From Escherichia coli (GTDB taxonomy: Bacteria > Pseudomonadota > Gammaproteobacteria > Enterobacterales > Enterobacteriaceae): a DNA stretch of 64,000 bases. Within the stretch, counting starts at the first letter, position 1; the number at the start of each line of letters is the position of its first letter. Location of the stretch: NCBI RefSeq assembly GCF_051903065.1, contig NZ_CP178438.1. One strand, given 5' to 3'. Positions 33,429-45,749 of the stretch are shown here, in pieces. The position numbers were made by a program, and so were the translations under genes. A model generated the notes under the pieces. The model had not been told where the DNA came from, ran no database searches, and worked only from the letters and a program-made list of their open reading frames with translations.

Positions 33429-35021
33429 CTATAACCCAGGCGCTTTCCATAACGACGTCGTCAGTCCATGATCAACCAGCCCCAGCTGATCCTGATAAAC
33501 TGCCTGCCACTTATCGCGTGAATCCTGATAAAGTTCATGCTTTTCCGGGTCTGGTGTGTGCGTCCGTTCCCAGCGAACCAGGCGTTCTCCGGTTTCTGCC
33601 ATTGATGAAAAAATTCCGGCACCGACGCCAGCTGCAATGGCACATCCTAATGCAGTGGCTTCTTTGACCACCGGAATATTGACGGGTAATCCCGAGACAT
33701 CAGCGAGAATTTGACTCCATAATTTCCCTTTTGAACCTCCGCCTGCAAAGACTAACGATGAAGGATGAATATTCGAAAAATCAGCAATTTGCTGCAAGTT
33801 ACACGCTGATACAATCGCCGCATTTTCTTCCAGCGCACGGAACAATGTCGCTTTGTTACATTTATCCGGGTCAATGGACAAATTAATAAAGGAAGGCGCA
33901 GCGTGATACCAGGTTTTAAAGCGCATTCTGTCGGAGAAGATCGGCATTACGCCCCACGACCCAGGCGGCACCCGACTGGCCATCTCTTCCAGCAGCGTAT
34001 AGGTGTCGATGCCTAAATGTTCGGCAATCAGTTTTTCTTCGGCACAGAAAGCATCGCGGAACCAGCGCATGGTGAGTCCGGTAAAAAAGCTTATAGATTC
34101 AGCTTGTACCATGCCAGGAATAACATGAGGATTAACGCGCACGTTCATTTCTGGGTCTGTCACCGGCGCGGCTAAATTTACAACTTGCTGCCAGAATGTG
34201 CCGCCAAGAACCGCGGTTTGTGCCGGACGCACAACGCCTAACCCCAGGCAACCAAGCTGCACGTCGCCTCCTCCAACGACCACCGGAGTGCCCACCTTCA
34301 GACCGCAGAGTTCCGCCGCTTGTGAACTTACCACGCCCAGCAATGTGCCGGTTTCTTTGACAGGAGAAAGAATATCGGCACGCAGGCCAGCCATATCCAG
34401 CAATGCAGGTTTCCAGTCACGGATGGTTAGATCAAGAAGTCCCGTGGTGCCAGCGTTAGAGGGATCCACCGCAAGTTCGCCGCTGAGCATATAGGCCAGC
34501 CAGTCGCTGATCATGGTGATGGTTGATGCCTGACGGTAAATATCGGAACGATGGTGCGCCAGCCAAAGTAATCTGGGGATGGCACTTAAAGCCAGTGTTT
34601 GTCCGGTCGCGCGATAAACTTCGTTTTCAAAGGTATTGTTGTGCAGTTCTTTAAGTTCGCTAACTTCGCGCGCCGCTCTGGCATCCACATTGGCGCAGGC
34701 CCAGATCGGTGTTCCTTCATTGTTATATAAAACAATGCCTTCACGCATCGAACATGCCGAAACGGCAGCTATATACTCCGGGGCTATGCCGGCGTTGTGC
34801 AACGCCTGGCGCATACACTCACACGCCAGTTGCCAGTTTTTGTTGAGATCAAATTCCATAGAACCAGGAACGTCCGGTACTGCCAGATGCCGCCACTCCG
34901 CCTGTCCCACTGCTATTTGATTGCCTTCCAGGTCGAATATCACAGCCCGAATACTTCCGGTGCCTGCATCCAGCGCCATCAGGTAGTACTTTGATTCTGA
35001 AGGGGTAAAGAGTCGAGCCAT
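33429..35021 (-). CDS. lsrK: Autoinducer-2 kinase LsrK
   Basis: 530 aa, FGGY carbohydrate kinase fold. Confidence 0.95.
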   Translation of the reverse strand: MARLFTPSESKYYLMALDAGTGSIRAVIFDLEGNQIAVGQAEWRHLAVPDVPGSMEFDLNKNWQLACECMRQALHNAGIAPEYIAAVSACSMREGIVLYNNEGTPIWACANVDARAAREVSELKELHNNTFENEVYRATGQTLALSAIPRLLWLAHHRSDIYRQASTITMISDWLAYMLSGELAVDPSNAGTTGLLDLTIRDWKPALLDMAGLRADILSPVKETGTLLGVVSSQAAELCGLKVGTPVVVGGGDVQLGCLGLGVVRPAQTAVLGGTFWQQVVNLAAPVTDPEMNVRVNPHVIPGMVQAESISFFTGLTMRWFRDAFCAEEKLIAEHLGIDTYTLLEEMASRVPPGSWGVMPIFSDRMRFKTWYHAAPSFINLSIDPDKCNKATLFRALEENAAIVSACNLQQIADFSNIHPSSLVFAGGGSKGKLWSQILADVSGLPVNIPVVKEATALGCAIAAGVGAGIFSSMAETGERLVRWERTHTPDPEKHELYQDSRDKWQAVYQDQLGLVDHGLTTSLWKAPGL

Positions 35022-35099
35022 TAGATTATCCTCGGCTTATGCGTTCTGTCTGTTCCTCTATACGTTCTCCATCATTCCCGGTAATAAGGTCATGCAAAT

Positions 35100-36053
35100 T
35101 TAACTACGTAAAATCGCCGCTGCTGTGTCCTGATCGGTAACCAGTGCGTTGATATAACCGCCTTTCATTGCAGCGGCAATTGCTTCGGCTTTATTTTCTC
35201 CCCCTGCCACGCCAACCCGGACGGGTATGGTCTTCAGCGCGCTTAAAGGTAAGCCAATCAGTTCGTTATGTATTTTGATATCCGTGACAACGTCACCTTT
35301 TGCATCAAAAAAGTAGCCTAAAATGTCGCCAACCGCCCCTTTTCGGCCAATCATTAACTGTTCGCCCTGGCTGATATAACCGGAGCGAATGATCGTCGCG
35401 TCGTCTTGTTGACTCACGGCCCCAATGCCGACAATCGCCACATCCGCTGCTTGCGCGGCTAACAGAACATCTTTGACGCAATTTTCATTTTTTAGCGTAC
35501 GGGCAATGTCAGCGGAGGATGCCCGCAACGGAGCCGGAATAATATTCACACTGCACGCCGCGTTAAGCTGTCCGATACCCGTCATATAAGAACCGACGCC
35601 ACCGGAGAGCGTGACCAGGCGAATTTGCTGTGACGAAATAAAACCACTTAAGCGTTGCAGCGTATTCATGGTTGCCTCGCCAAAACCAATCGCCAGCATC
35701 TGTTGTGGTTGAAGTAAACTCATCAACATATGCGCCGCGCCTATCCCCAGTCGCCCGCCGACATCAGCATCCGCAAGCCCAGGGATCACCCGGACATGTT
35801 GCAGCGAAAACTGACTACGTAATTGTGTTTCATATTCCAGACAGCCTTCAAAGCGAGAATTAATCTGCACGCGAATGATGCCGGACTGATGCCCTTTCTC
35901 CAGTAATCGCGACACTTTCAAACGGGTCAGGCCGAGACGATCGCTGATCTCACTCTGGGTCAGCCCGTCGTGGTAGTAAAACCACGCGATCCGCGCGACC
36001 TGTTCTTCTTCACACATTCCCTGTTCTGAAATTGCCGAATCGTTGATTGTCAT
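35100..36053 (-). CDS. lsrR: lsr operon repressor LsrR (SorC family)
   Basis: 317 aa; N-terminal HTH plus sugar-phosphate-binding domain. Confidence 0.95.
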   Translation of the reverse strand: MTINDSAISEQGMCEEEQVARIAWFYYHDGLTQSEISDRLGLTRLKVSRLLEKGHQSGIIRVQINSRFEGCLEYETQLRSQFSLQHVRVIPGLADADVGGRLGIGAAHMLMSLLQPQQMLAIGFGEATMNTLQRLSGFISSQQIRLVTLSGGVGSYMTGIGQLNAACSVNIIPAPLRASSADIARTLKNENCVKDVLLAAQAADVAIVGIGAVSQQDDATIIRSGYISQGEQLMIGRKGAVGDILGYFFDAKGDVVTDIKIHNELIGLPLSALKTIPVRVGVAGGENKAEAIAAAMKGGYINALVTDQDTAAAILRS

Positions 36054-36121
36054 AATTCATTCTTCACTTTGAACATATTTAAATCTTTAATGCAATTGTT
36101 CAGTTCTTGCGCATTTATATC

Positions 36122-36137
36122 TGTGATGGCAACCACA
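36122..36137. promoter_or_regulatory. CRP-like site in the lsrR-lsrA intergenic region
   Basis: TGTGA-tggcaa-CCACA (consensus TGTGA-N6-TCACA); a second half-site aaatTGTGAtct lies at 36189-36200. Confidence 0.4.
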
Positions 36138-36237
36138 GTTTGACTCTACGAGTATGAACAAACGCAACCGTGAAAATCAAAATAGCATAAATTGTGATCT
36201 ATTCGTCGGAAATATGTGCAATGTCCACCTAAGGTTA

Positions 36238-36270
36238 TGAACAAATTAAAAGCAGAAATACATTTGTTCA
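36238..36270. promoter_or_regulatory. Candidate LsrR operator overlapping the lsrA promoter
   Basis: Perfect 9-bp inverted repeat TGAACAAAT-N15-ATTTGTTCA, 30-65 bp upstream of the lsrA start; a third TGAACAAA copy at about 36155. Confidence 0.4.
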
Positions 36271-36301
36271 AAACTCACCTGCAAAACTGAACGGGGGAAA
36301 T

Positions 36302-37837
36302 ATGCAAACGAGTGATACCCGCGCGTTACCGCTACTTTGCGCCCGCTCGGTTTATAAACAGTATTCAGGGGTTAATGTCCTGAAAGGCATCGATTTTACG
36401 TTGCACCAGGGGGAGGTCCACGCCCTGCTCGGCGGCAATGGTGCCGGTAAATCGACGTTAATGAAGATTATTGCCGGTATTACCCCTGCTGATAGCGGTA
36501 CGCTGGAGATTGGGGGCAACAACTACGTCAGATTAACGCCAGTTCATGCTCATCAGCTGGGTATTTATCTCGTTCCCCAGGAACCGCTGCTTTTCCCAAG
36601 CCTGTCGATAAAAGAAAACATCCTGTTTGGGCTGGCAAAAAAACAGCTCTCCATGCAGAAAATGAAGAACTTGCTGGCGGCGCTGGGCTGCCAGTTTGAT
36701 CTGCATAGTCTGGCAGGATCGCTGGATGTCGCCGATCGCCAAATGGTGGAAATCCTCCGCGGGCTGATGCGCGACTCGCGGATTCTGATCCTCGATGAAC
36801 CTACCGCCTCGCTTACCCCTGCGGAAACCGAACGCTTGTTTAGTCGCTTGCAAGAGCTGCTTGCTACTGGCGTGGGTATTGTTTTTATCTCGCATAAGCT
36901 GCCGGAAATTCGCCAGATTGCCGATCGAATTAGCGTGATGCGCGACGGAACCATCGCCTTAAGCGGCAAAACCAGCGAACTGTCTACCGACGACATTATT
37001 CAGGCCATCACGCCAGTGGTACGGGAAAAACCGCTCTCTGCCAGCCAAAAATTATGGCTGGAGTTACCTGGTAACCGCCCACAACATGCCGCCGGAACGT
37101 CGGTGCTGACACTGGAAAATCTGACTGGCGAAGGTTTCAGGAATGTCAGCCTGACGCTCAATGCCGGAGAAATTCTGGGCCTGGCTGGGCTGGTGGGAGC
37201 CGGACGCACAGAACTGGCCGAGACGCTCTATGGTCTGCGTACTTTGCGTGGCGGACGCATTATGCTGAATGGTAAAGAGATCAATAAATTATCCACTGGA
37301 GAACGTTTACTGCGCGGTCTGGTTTATCTGCCGGAAGATCGCCAGTCATCCGGACTGAATCTCGATGCTTCGCTGGCCTGGAACATCTGCGCCCTTACTC
37401 ATAACCTTCTTGGATTCTGGGCGAAAACCGCGAAAGATAATGCCACCCTGGAACGTTATCGTCGGGCGCTGAATATTAAATTTAACCAACCGGAACAAGC
37501 TGCACGGACATTATCCGGTGGCAACCAGCAAAAAATCCTCATTGCCAAATGCCTGGAAGCTTCGCCGCAAGCATTGATTGTCGATGAGCCGACGCGCGGC
37601 GTGGATGTCTCGGCCCGTAATGATATCTACCAGCTGTTGCGCAGCATCGCCGCACAGAATGTGGCAGTGCTGCTTATCTCCTCTGATCTGGAAGAGATCG
37701 AACTGATGGCAGATCGTGTGTATGTGATGCATCAGGGCGAAATTACCCACTCTGCACTGACCGGGCGCGATATTAATGTCGAGACTATTATGCGCGTTGC
37801 CTTCGGCGATAGTCAGCGTCAGGAGGCGTCATGCTGA
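36302..37837 (+). CDS. lsrA: AI-2 ABC transporter ATPase LsrA
   Basis: 511 aa, duplicated ABC domains ([17 protein letters not shown]). Confidence 0.95.
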   Translation: MQTSDTRALPLLCARSVYKQYSGVNVLKGIDFTLHQGEVHALLGGNGAGKSTLMKIIAGITPADSGTLEIGGNNYVRLTPVHAHQLGIYLVPQEPLLFPSLSIKENILFGLAKKQLSMQKMKNLLAALGCQFDLHSLAGSLDVADRQMVEILRGLMRDSRILILDEPTASLTPAETERLFSRLQELLATGVGIVFISHKLPEIRQIADRISVMRDGTIALSGKTSELSTDDIIQAITPVVREKPLSASQKLWLELPGNRPQHAAGTSVLTLENLTGEGFRNVSLTLNAGEILGLAGLVGAGRTELAETLYGLRTLRGGRIMLNGKEINKLSTGERLLRGLVYLPEDRQSSGLNLDASLAWNICALTHNLLGFWAKTAKDNATLERYRRALNIKFNQPEQAARTLSGGNQQKILIAKCLEASPQALIVDEPTRGVDVSARNDIYQLLRSIAAQNVAVLLISSDLEEIELMADRVYVMHQGEITHSALTGRDINVETIMRVAFGDSQRQEASC

Positions 37838-38859
37838 AGTTTATTCAGAACAACCGTGAAATCACGGCACTGCTGGCGGTGGTGCTGCTGTTTGCATTAC
37901 CCGGTTTTCTCGACCGCCAGTATTTAAGTGTGCAAACGCTGACCATGGTTTATAGCAGCGCGCAAATCCTGATCCTGCTGGCAATGGGCGCGACGCTGGT
38001 AATGCTTACGCGCAATATTGATGTTTCAGTGGGTTCGATTACCGGAATGTGCGCGGTGCTGTTGGGGATGTTACTGAACGCGGGGTATTCACTACCTGTT
38101 GCCTGTGTCGCGACTTTACTGCTTGGTTTGCTCGCGGGATTTTTCAACGGTGTCCTGGTCGCGTGGCTAAAGATCCCTGCCATTGTTGCCACCCTTGGCA
38201 CGTTAGGGTTGTACAGAGGCATCATGTTGCTGTGGACTGGCGGTAAATGGATTGAGGGGTTACCCGCCGAACTGAAACAGCTCTCCGCACCGCTGCTGCT
38301 TGGCGTTTCAGCAATTGGTTGGTTAACGATAATTCTGGTGGCATTTATGGCCTGGCTGCTGGCGAAGACAGCGTTTGGACGCAGTTTTTATGCCACGGGC
38401 GATAATTTACAGGGCGCTCGTCAACTGGGCGTTCGTACGGAAGCCATTCGCATTGTGGCATTTTCGTTGAACGGCTGCATGGCGGCACTGGCGGGAATTG
38501 TGTTTGCTTCGCAGATTGGTTTTATCCCCAACCAGACCGGTACCGGGCTGGAAATGAAAGCAATTGCAGCCTGCGTGCTGGGCGGTATTAGTTTGCTCGG
38601 CGGTTCCGGTGCGATCATCGGTGCGGTACTCGGCGCATGGTTCCTGACGCAGATCGATAGCGTACTGGTGCTGTTGCGCATTCCGGCATGGTGGAATGAT
38701 TTTATCGCGGGTCTGGTTCTGCTGGCGGTGCTGGTGTTTGATGGACGCCTGCGTTGTGCGCTGGAACGTAATCTGCGGCGGCAAAAATATGCCCGCTTTA
38801 TGACGCCACCGCCATCCGTTAAAACTGCTTCGTCAGGTAAAAAACGGGAGGCCGCATAA
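37831..38859 (+). CDS. lsrC: AI-2 ABC transporter permease LsrC
   Basis: 342-aa membrane protein; overlaps the lsrA stop. Confidence 0.95.
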   Translation: MLKFIQNNREITALLAVVLLFALPGFLDRQYLSVQTLTMVYSSAQILILLAMGATLVMLTRNIDVSVGSITGMCAVLLGMLLNAGYSLPVACVATLLLGLLAGFFNGVLVAWLKIPAIVATLGTLGLYRGIMLLWTGGKWIEGLPAELKQLSAPLLLGVSAIGWLTIILVAFMAWLLAKTAFGRSFYATGDNLQGARQLGVRTEAIRIVAFSLNGCMAALAGIVFASQIGFIPNQTGTGLEMKAIAACVLGGISLLGGSGAIIGAVLGAWFLTQIDSVLVLLRIPAWWNDFIAGLVLLAVLVFDGRLRCALERNLRRQKYARFMTPPPSVKTASSGKKREAA

Positions 38860-39851
38860 TGCGTATTCGCTACGGTTGGGAACTGGCTCTTGCCGCACTG
38901 CTCGTTATTGAGATTGTCGCATTTGGTGCAATTAACCCGCGGATGTTAGATCTCAATATGTTGCTGTTCAGCACCAGTGACTTTATCTGCATTGGCATTG
39001 TCGCCCTACCGCTGACGATGGTGATTGTCAGTGGCGGGATAGATATTTCGTTTGGTTCGACCATCGGCCTCTGCGCCATTGCATTGGGCGTACTGTTTCA
39101 AAGTGGTGTGCCGATGCCGCTGGCGATTCTCCTGACCTTACTGCTCGGCGCATTGTGCGGGCTGATCAACGCCGGATTAATTATCTATACCAAAGTTAAC
39201 CCGCTGGTGATTACGCTTGGCACGCTGTATCTGTTTGCTGGAAGCGCTCTGCTGCTTTCCGGGATGGCCGGAGCGACGGGGTACGAAGGTATTGGTGGAT
39301 TCCCGATGGCGTTTACAGATTTCGCTAACCTGGATGTGCTGGGACTCCCCGTTCCGCTGATTATCTTCCTGATATGTCTCCTCGTTTTCTGGCTCTGGCT
39401 GCATAAAACCCATGCCGGACGTAATGTGTTTTTGATTGGGCAAAGCCCGCGCGTGGCGCTTTATAGCGCGATTCCAGTTAACCGCACCTTATGTGCGCTC
39501 TATGCCATGACGGGGCTGGCGTCTGCGGTCGCCGCTGTGCTGCTGGTATCGTATTTTGGTTCAGCACGTTCCGATCTCGGTGCGTCGTTTCTGATGCCCG
39601 CCATCACCGCCGTGGTGCTTGGCGGGGCCAATATTTATGGTGGTTCCGGTTCCATTATCGGCACCGCCATTGCGGTTTTATTAGTGGGATATTTGCAACA
39701 AGGTTTGCAAATGGCAGGAGTGCCAAATCAGGTGTCCAGCGCCCTTTCCGGTGCGCTACTTATCGTCGTTGTCGTAGGTCGTTCCGTTAGCCTGCATCGC
39801 CAGCAAATTAAAGAGTGGCTGGCGCGTCGGGCCAATAACCCATTGCCATAA
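38859..39851 (+). CDS. lsrD: AI-2 ABC transporter permease LsrD
   Basis: 330-aa membrane protein. Confidence 0.95.
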   Translation: MRIRYGWELALAALLVIEIVAFGAINPRMLDLNMLLFSTSDFICIGIVALPLTMVIVSGGIDISFGSTIGLCAIALGVLFQSGVPMPLAILLTLLLGALCGLINAGLIIYTKVNPLVITLGTLYLFAGSALLLSGMAGATGYEGIGGFPMAFTDFANLDVLGLPVPLIIFLICLLVFWLWLHKTHAGRNVFLIGQSPRVALYSAIPVNRTLCALYAMTGLASAVAAVLLVSYFGSARSDLGASFLMPAITAVVLGGANIYGGSGSIIGTAIAVLLVGYLQQGLQMAGVPNQVSSALSGALLIVVVVGRSVSLHRQQIKEWLARRANNPLP

Positions 39852-39862
39852 AGGATATCTTC

Positions 39863-40885
39863 ATGACACTTCATCGCTTTAAGAAAATCGCCTTACTTAG
39901 CGCTCTTGGCATTGCCGCAATCTCTATGAATGTGCAGGCCGCAGAGCGTATTGCATTTATTCCCAAACTGGTTGGCGTGGGATTTTTTACCAGCGGTGGC
40001 AACGGCGCACAACAAGCGGGTAAAGAGCTGGGCGTTGATGTGACCTACGACGGGCCGACAGAACCCAGTGTTTCTGGTCAGGTACAGTTGATTAATAACT
40101 TCGTCAATCAAGGTTATAACGCCATTATCGTTTCTGCGGTTTCGCCTGATGGCTTGTGTCCGGCACTGAAACGCGCCATGCAACGTGGTGTGAGAGTGCT
40201 GACCTGGGACTCTGATACTAAACCGGAGTGCCGCTCTTACTACATTAATCAGGGAACGCCCGCCCAGTTGGGAGGTATGTTGGTGGATATGGCGGCGCGT
40301 CAGGTGAATAAAGACAAAGCCAAAGTCGCGTTTTTCTACTCAAGCCCCACCGTTACGGACCAAAACCAGTGGGTGAAAGAAGCGAAAGCGAAAATCGCCA
40401 AAGAGCATCCTGGCTGGGAAATTGTCACTACGCAGTTTGGCTATAACGATGCCACTAAATCATTACAAACCGCAGAAGGAATATTAAAAGCGTATAGCGA
40501 TCTCGACGCCATTATCGCCCCTGATGCCAACGCCCTGCCCGCTGCCGCACAAGCCGCAGAAAACCTGAAAAATGACAAAGTTGCGATTGTCGGATTCAGT
40601 ACGCCAAATGTGATGCGCCCGTATGTAGAGCGCGGCACGGTGAAAGAATTTGGCCTGTGGGATGTGGTTCAGCAAGGCAAAATTTCAGTTTATGTCGCGG
40701 ATGCATTATTGAAAAAAGGATCAATGAAAACGGGCGACAAGCTGGATATTCAGGGCGTAGGTCAGGTGGAAGTCTCGCCAAACAGCGTCCAGGGCTATGA
40801 CTACGAAGCGGATGGTAATGGCATCGTACTGTTACCGGAGCGCGTGATATTCAACAAAGAGAATATCGGCAAATACGATTTCTGA
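39863..40885 (+). CDS. lsrB: AI-2 periplasmic binding protein LsrB
   Basis: 340 aa with signal peptide. Confidence 0.95.
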   Translation: MTLHRFKKIALLSALGIAAISMNVQAAERIAFIPKLVGVGFFTSGGNGAQQAGKELGVDVTYDGPTEPSVSGQVQLINNFVNQGYNAIIVSAVSPDGLCPALKRAMQRGVRVLTWDSDTKPECRSYYINQGTPAQLGGMLVDMAARQVNKDKAKVAFFYSSPTVTDQNQWVKEAKAKIAKEHPGWEIVTTQFGYNDATKSLQTAEGILKAYSDLDAIIAPDANALPAAAQAAENLKNDKVAIVGFSTPNVMRPYVERGTVKEFGLWDVVQQGKISVYVADALLKKGSMKTGDKLDIQGVGQVEVSPNSVQGYDYEADGNGIVLLPERVIFNKENIGKYDF

Positions 40886-40911
40886 TGTGCATTACTTAAC
40901 CGGAGTAAGTT

Positions 40912-41787
40912 ATGGCAGATTTAGACGATATTAAAGATGGTAAAGATTTTCGTACCGATCAACCGCAAAAAAATATCCCTTTTACCCTGAAAGGTTGCGG
41001 TGCGCTGGATTGGGGAATGCAGTCACGCTTATCGCGGATATTTAATCCGAAAACGGGTAAAACCGTGATGCTGGCTTTTGACCATGGTTATTTTCAGGGA
41101 CCGACTACCGGACTTGAACGCATTGATATAAATATCGCCCCGCTGTTTGAACATGCCGATGTATTAATGTGTACGCGCGGCATTTTGCGCAGCGTAGTTC
41201 CCCCGGCGACCAATAAGCCGGTGGTACTGCGGGCGTCAGGTGCGAACTCTATCCTGGCGGAATTAAGCAATGAAGCCGTGGCGTTATCGATGGATGACGC
41301 CGTGCGCCTGAACAGTTGCGCGGTGGCGGCGCAGGTTTATATCGGCAGCGAATATGAACATCAGTCGATCAAAAATATTATTCAGCTGGTCGATGCCGGA
41401 ATGAAAGTGGGAATGCCGACCATGGCCGTGACTGGCGTGGGCAAAGATATGGTGCGCGATCAGCGTTATTTCTCGCTCGCGACTCGAATCGCCGCTGAAA
41501 TGGGGGCGCAAATTATCAAAACCTATTATGTCGAAAAAGGTTTTGAACGGATTGTTGCCGGATGTCCGGTACCCATTGTTATTGCTGGCGGTAAAAAATT
41601 ACCGGAGCGCGAGGCGCTGGAAATGTGCTGGCAGGCTATCGATCAGGGCGCTTCTGGTGTGGATATGGGGCGTAATATTTTCCAGTCTGACCATCCGGTG
41701 GCGATGATGAAAGCCGTACAGGCGGTGGTACACCATAACGAAACGGCTGATCGGGCATATGAACTCTATCTGAGTGAAAAACAGTAA
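40912..41787 (+). CDS. lsrF: LsrF (class I aldolase-like thiolase for phospho-AI-2 degradation)
   Basis: 291 aa. Confidence 0.95.
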   Translation: MADLDDIKDGKDFRTDQPQKNIPFTLKGCGALDWGMQSRLSRIFNPKTGKTVMLAFDHGYFQGPTTGLERIDINIAPLFEHADVLMCTRGILRSVVPPATNKPVVLRASGANSILAELSNEAVALSMDDAVRLNSCAVAAQVYIGSEYEHQSIKNIIQLVDAGMKVGMPTMAVTGVGKDMVRDQRYFSLATRIAAEMGAQIIKTYYVEKGFERIVAGCPVPIVIAGGKKLPEREALEMCWQAIDQGASGVDMGRNIFQSDHPVAMMKAVQAVVHHNETADRAYELYLSEKQ

Positions 41788-41809
41788 CTGCGGATTAAGG
41801 AGAAGAAAC

Positions 41810-42100
41810 ATGCACGTCACACTGGTTGAAATTAACGTTCATGAAGACAAGGTTGACGAGTTTATCGAAGTTTTTCGCCAGAACCACCTGGGCTCGGTAC
41901 AGGAAGAAGGCAATTTGCGCTTCGATGTCTTACAGGACCCGGAAGTGAATTCGCGCTTTTATATCTACGAAGCCTATAAAGATGAAGACGCAGTGGCGTT
42001 CCATAAAACCACGCCCCACTACAAAACCTGTGTCGCGAAACTGGAATCTTTAATGACCGGGCCGCGTAAAAAACGTCTGTTCAATGGGTTGATGCCGTGA
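41810..42100 (+). CDS. lsrG: LsrG (phospho-AI-2 isomerase, ABM monooxygenase fold)
   Basis: ORF from 41774, but the protein matches LsrG from [14 protein letters not shown] (96 aa). Confidence 0.9.
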   Translation: MHVTLVEINVHEDKVDEFIEVFRQNHLGSVQEEGNLRFDVLQDPEVNSRFYIYEAYKDEDAVAFHKTTPHYKTCVAKLESLMTGPRKKRLFNGLMP

Positions 42101-42585
42101 GGCGAATTTATCCGGTGCGCCGTAAAACCCCGTCCTTCAGGGCGGGGATATAAGGCGCGGTTTTCCACCTGACCAGGTGTTTGCTGTTGTTCAATGTATT
42201 GGCGGATGACGGATATTGGCGCACCTCCGCAGCTACTGGCAAAATAGCCAGGACTCCACAAAACGCCTTTGTAGTAATACCTGACTGCAATATCTGGTCG
42301 ATCTCGTCGCAGTAACCTACCTGATACGCTTTTGAGGCTGTTTACCAGACTGGATATCGCCAGTTTGGGAGGATAGTTAATTAACAAATGGACGTGATCT
42401 GGTTCGCCATCCATTTCAACCAGTTCAGCTTCAAAATCAGCACATACATTTGAAAAGTAAGTGCGTAGTTTTTCTGTCGCGTCATGGTCAAAAATCTGGC
42501 GTCGGTATCTGGTGACAAAGACCATGTGAACATGCTTCAGGAAAACACAATGCCTTCCACGCCGGATATCTGTTTCTTTTTTCAC
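42019..42585 (-). CDS. tnpA: IS200/IS605 TnpA (Y1 HUH tyrosine transposase); conserved core about 42180-42585
   Basis: HUH motif DHVHLL and catalytic-Tyr region [15 protein letters not shown]; the ORF lacks a stop at the expected point and continues antisense into lsrG. Confidence 0.7.
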   Translation of the reverse strand: MKKETDIRRGRHCVFLKHVHMVFVTRYRRQIFDHDATEKLRTYFSNVCADFEAELVEMDGEPDHVHLLINYPPKLAISSLVNSLKSVSGRLLRRDRPDIAVRYYYKGVLWSPGYFASSCGGAPISVIRQYIEQQQTPGQVENRALYPRPEGRGFTAHRINSPHGINPLNRRFLRGPVIKDSSFATQVL

Positions 42586-43903
42586 AGACCAAAATATAAT
42601 TTGACCTGTGAAACGACTACAGGCATTTAAATTCCAGTTAAGACCCGGTGGTCAACAGGAGCGTGAAATGAGGCGCTTCGCAGGCGCATGTCGTTTCGTT
42701 TTCAATCGTGCTCTGGCACGTCAGAATGAGAATCATGAGGCCGGTAATAAATACATCCCTTACGGGAAAATGGCTTCCTGGCTGGTTGAGTGGAAAAATG
42801 CCACTGAAACGCAATGGCTTAAAGATGCCCCGTCACAGCCATTGCAACAGTCACTGAAAGACCTTGAGTGGGCTTACAAAAACTTCTTCCAGAAGCGGGC
42901 TGCTTTTCCCCGATTCAAAAAGCGGGGACAGAATGATGCATTCCGCTACCCGCAGGGCGTTAAGCTCGATCAGGAAAACAGCCGTATTTTTCTGCCGAAA
43001 CTGGGCTGGATGCGCTACCGGAATAGCCGTCAGGTCACGGGTGTTGTGAAAAATGTCACGGTCAGCCAGTCCTGCGGTAAGTGGCACATCAGTATTCAGA
43101 CAGAAAGTGAAGTATCAACTCCGGTTCACCCTTCAGCATCAATGATCGGGCTGGATGCTGGCGTGGCTAAACTCGCCACGCTGTCAGATGGCACAGTCTT
43201 TGACCCTGTAAACAGTTTTCAGAAAAACCAGAAGAAGCTGGCGAGACTTCAGCGACAGTTCAGCCGCAAGGTCAAATTCAGCAACAACTGGCAGAAGCAG
43301 AAACGCAAAATACAGCGACTGCATTCCCGTATCGCAAATATCCGCAGGGACTACCTTCACAAAGTCACAACGACCGTCAGCAAAAACCACGCAATGATAG
43401 TCATTGAGGATTTGAAGGTCAGCAACATGTCAAAGTCAGCAGCGGGTACGGTCAGCCAGCCGGGGCGCAATGTCCGGGCAAAATCAGGTTTAAACCGTTC
43501 GATACTGGATCAGGGCTGGTATGAAATGCGTCGCCAGCTTGAGTACAAGCAGCTCTGGTGTGGCGGTCAGGTGCTTGCTGTTCCGCCAGCGTACACAAGC
43601 CAGCGTTGCGCGTGCTGTGGTCATACAGCGAAAGAAAATCGCGTGTCACAAAGTAAATTCAGATGCCAGGTATGTGGATATACAGCGAACGCCGATGTAA
43701 ACGGCGCTCGTAACATTTTAGCGGCGGGGCACGCCGTTCTTGCCTGTGGAGGGATGGTGCAGTCAGGCCGCCCGTTGAAGCAGGAACCCACCGAAATGAT
43801 TCAGGCGACAGCCTGAACGTAGCAGGATCCTCGTCATTCAGGGCGTGGAGGATGTCAACAGTTTTATCTACAATTGGGGTAACGCGCTGACGGGAGTAAA
43901 AAA
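42101..43903. mobile_element. IS200/IS605-family insertion element (divergent tnpA and tnpB); ends approximate
   Basis: Y1/HUH transposase and TnpB encoded back to back, filling the interval between the lsrG stop and the tam start codon. Confidence 0.6.
42608..43816 (+). CDS. tnpB: TnpB (IS605 OrfB family, RuvC-like RNA-guided endonuclease)
   Basis: 402 aa; RuvC-I IGLDAGV, RuvC-II IVIEDL, Ruv[14 protein letters not shown], and zinc finger CACCGH...CQVCG. Confidence 0.8.
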   Translation: MKRLQAFKFQLRPGGQQEREMRRFAGACRFVFNRALARQNENHEAGNKYIPYGKMASWLVEWKNATETQWLKDAPSQPLQQSLKDLEWAYKNFFQKRAAFPRFKKRGQNDAFRYPQGVKLDQENSRIFLPKLGWMRYRNSRQVTGVVKNVTVSQSCGKWHISIQTESEVSTPVHPSASMIGLDAGVAKLATLSDGTVFDPVNSFQKNQKKLARLQRQFSRKVKFSNNWQKQKRKIQRLHSRIANIRRDYLHKVTTTVSKNHAMIVIEDLKVSNMSKSAAGTVSQPGRNVRAKSGLNRSILDQGWYEMRRQLEYKQLWCGGQVLAVPPAYTSQRCACCGHTAKENRVSQSKFRCQVCGYTANADVNGARNILAAGHAVLACGGMVQSGRPLKQEPTEMIQATA

Positions 43904-44662
43904 ATGTCTGACTGGAACCCCTCTTTATATCTGCACTTTGCCGCTAAACGATCGCGTCCGGCGGTGGAGCTGCTTGCCAGAGTGCCGCTGGAGAATGTCG
44001 AATATGTTGCCGATCTTGGCTGTGGCCCAGGTAACAGCACCGCCCTTCTACAACAACGTTGGCCTGCTGCCAGGATAACGGGCATCGACTCATCTCCGGC
44101 GATGGTTGCCGAAGCACGCAGTGCTTTGCCGGACTGCCAGTTTGTGGAAGCAGATATCCGCAATTGGCAACCGGAACAGACACTCGATCTGATTTTTGCT
44201 AATGCCTCACTGCAATGGCTGCCCGACCACTACGAATTGTTTCCTCATCTGGTTTCGTTACTTAATCCGCAGGGCGTGCTGGCAGTACAGATGCCAGATA
44301 ACTGGCTGGAGCCGACCCATGTGCTCATGCGCGAAGTTGCCTGGGAACAAAACTACCCGGATCGCGGGCGTGAGCCGCTGGCAGGCGTTCATGCTTACTA
44401 CGATATTTTGAGCGAAGCCGGATGTAAGGTCGATATCTGGCGAACCACTTACTATCATCAGATGCCGTCGCACCAGGCGATTATCGATTGGGTGACCGCC
44501 ACTGGATTACGTCCGTGGTTACAGGATCTGACCGAGAGCGAACAGCAGCATTTTCTTACGCGCTACCATCAGATGTTGGAAGAGCAGTATCCACTGCAAG
44601 AGAACGGACAGATACTGCTGGCATTTCCGCGTCTGTTTATTGTTGCCCGGCGTACGGAGTAA
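43904..44662 (+). CDS. tam: Trans-aconitate 2-methyltransferase
   Basis: 252 aa with SAM-binding motif DLGCGPG. Confidence 0.9.
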   Translation: MSDWNPSLYLHFAAKRSRPAVELLARVPLENVEYVADLGCGPGNSTALLQQRWPAARITGIDSSPAMVAEARSALPDCQFVEADIRNWQPEQTLDLIFANASLQWLPDHYELFPHLVSLLNPQGVLAVQMPDNWLEPTHVLMREVAWEQNYPDRGREPLAGVHAYYDILSEAGCKVDIWRTTYYHQMPSHQAIIDWVTATGLRPWLQDLTESEQQHFLTRYHQMLEEQYPLQENGQILLAFPRLFIVARRTE

Positions 44663-44665
44663 GTA

Positions 44666-45580
44666 TCACGTCAGCTGGTAATGACGATCGGGAAGAATTT
44701 TTGCTGGAATTTCGGCTTCATCGTTCATCTGTAACAGGTCAATTTCAATAGCGTTGCAGATGGCATCCAGTGGTAAATCATTGTTTTCAATACCGAACGG
44801 ATCTTCCAGTTCTTCCGCCAGACAATCCAGCGAAATAAAAGTGTAGGAAATCAGCACAGAGATAAAAGGCGTCATGTAATGCAGGTCCACGACCAGCGCG
44901 AACGGCAGCATGATACAAAACAGATAAACGGTACGATGCAAAATCAGGGTGTAGGCAAAGGGAATTGGCGTGTAGGCAATGCGCTCGCAGCCTGCCAGAA
45001 CCGCTGAAATATCGTTAAGCCGATCGTTGAGGCTAATAAACAGGATATCTGAAAGCTGCCCATTGCGGCGCTGAACCGCCAACCATTCTCCCATTATTAA
45101 CAAGATACGGTTAGCTGGAGAGTTCGAAGCCAGTACACGCTGAAGATCTTCAGTCTTGAGATAATGAGCCAGCACTTCCGCCTGTGGCTGTTTGCGTAAT
45201 GTCATGCGTAAACAGTGGGCGAAAGCGATTTGCAGCCGGGCAAACTCCCTTACACTTGCCGAATCCGGCAATGTCGTTTTTACCTCGCGCAGTAACGACC
45301 GCGAGGCAATCATCAACTGCCCCCAAAGTTTTCGCGCTTCAACGTAACGGGCGTAACCAGCATTATTACGAAAACCAAGAAAAATGGCGATGGCGACACC
45401 GAGAATGCTGAACGGTGCGAGGGTGAATTTAATGCCCAAATGCGTGTACCAGGGCAGCATGAAAATAACAGCGATAGAAAAGACAAAATTGAGTAGTAAG
45501 CGCGAGGATATCTTGGATAATACTGAACCGTGCCAGACAAAAATACGGCGCAGCCAGTGTTGTTGTGGACGAACAATCAT
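44666..45580 (-). CDS. yneE: Bestrophin-family membrane protein YneE
   Basis: ORF to 45631, but the protein matches from MIVRPQQHWLRRIF (304 aa). Confidence 0.85.
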   Translation of the reverse strand: MIVRPQQHWLRRIFVWHGSVLSKISSRLLLNFVFSIAVIFMLPWYTHLGIKFTLAPFSILGVAIAIFLGFRNNAGYARYVEARKLWGQLMIASRSLLREVKTTLPDSASVREFARLQIAFAHCLRMTLRKQPQAEVLAHYLKTEDLQRVLASNSPANRILLIMGEWLAVQRRNGQLSDILFISLNDRLNDISAVLAGCERIAYTPIPFAYTLILHRTVYLFCIMLPFALVVDLHYMTPFISVLISYTFISLDCLAEELEDPFGIENNDLPLDAICNAIEIDLLQMNDEAEIPAKILPDRHYQLT

Positions 45581-45749
45581 GGTTATCTTCAGGCGTGGAA
45601 AAGTCGCCCTATTAAACGTGATTACGATCACATTCTCAAGACACGACTTACAAATTACCTACAAGCTTACAACATTAACAGGCGCTGCATGTGGCACCTG
45701 TTAATGATAAAGGCACACAGGATGTTGTAACTAATATAGTGAAATAAGA

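Noticed and set aside
42019-42585. The 188-aa tnpA ORF as a genuine longer transposase
   Set aside because: The conserved TnpA core ends near residue 150, and the extra residues are antisense to lsrG. More likely read-through after loss of the natural stop or left end.
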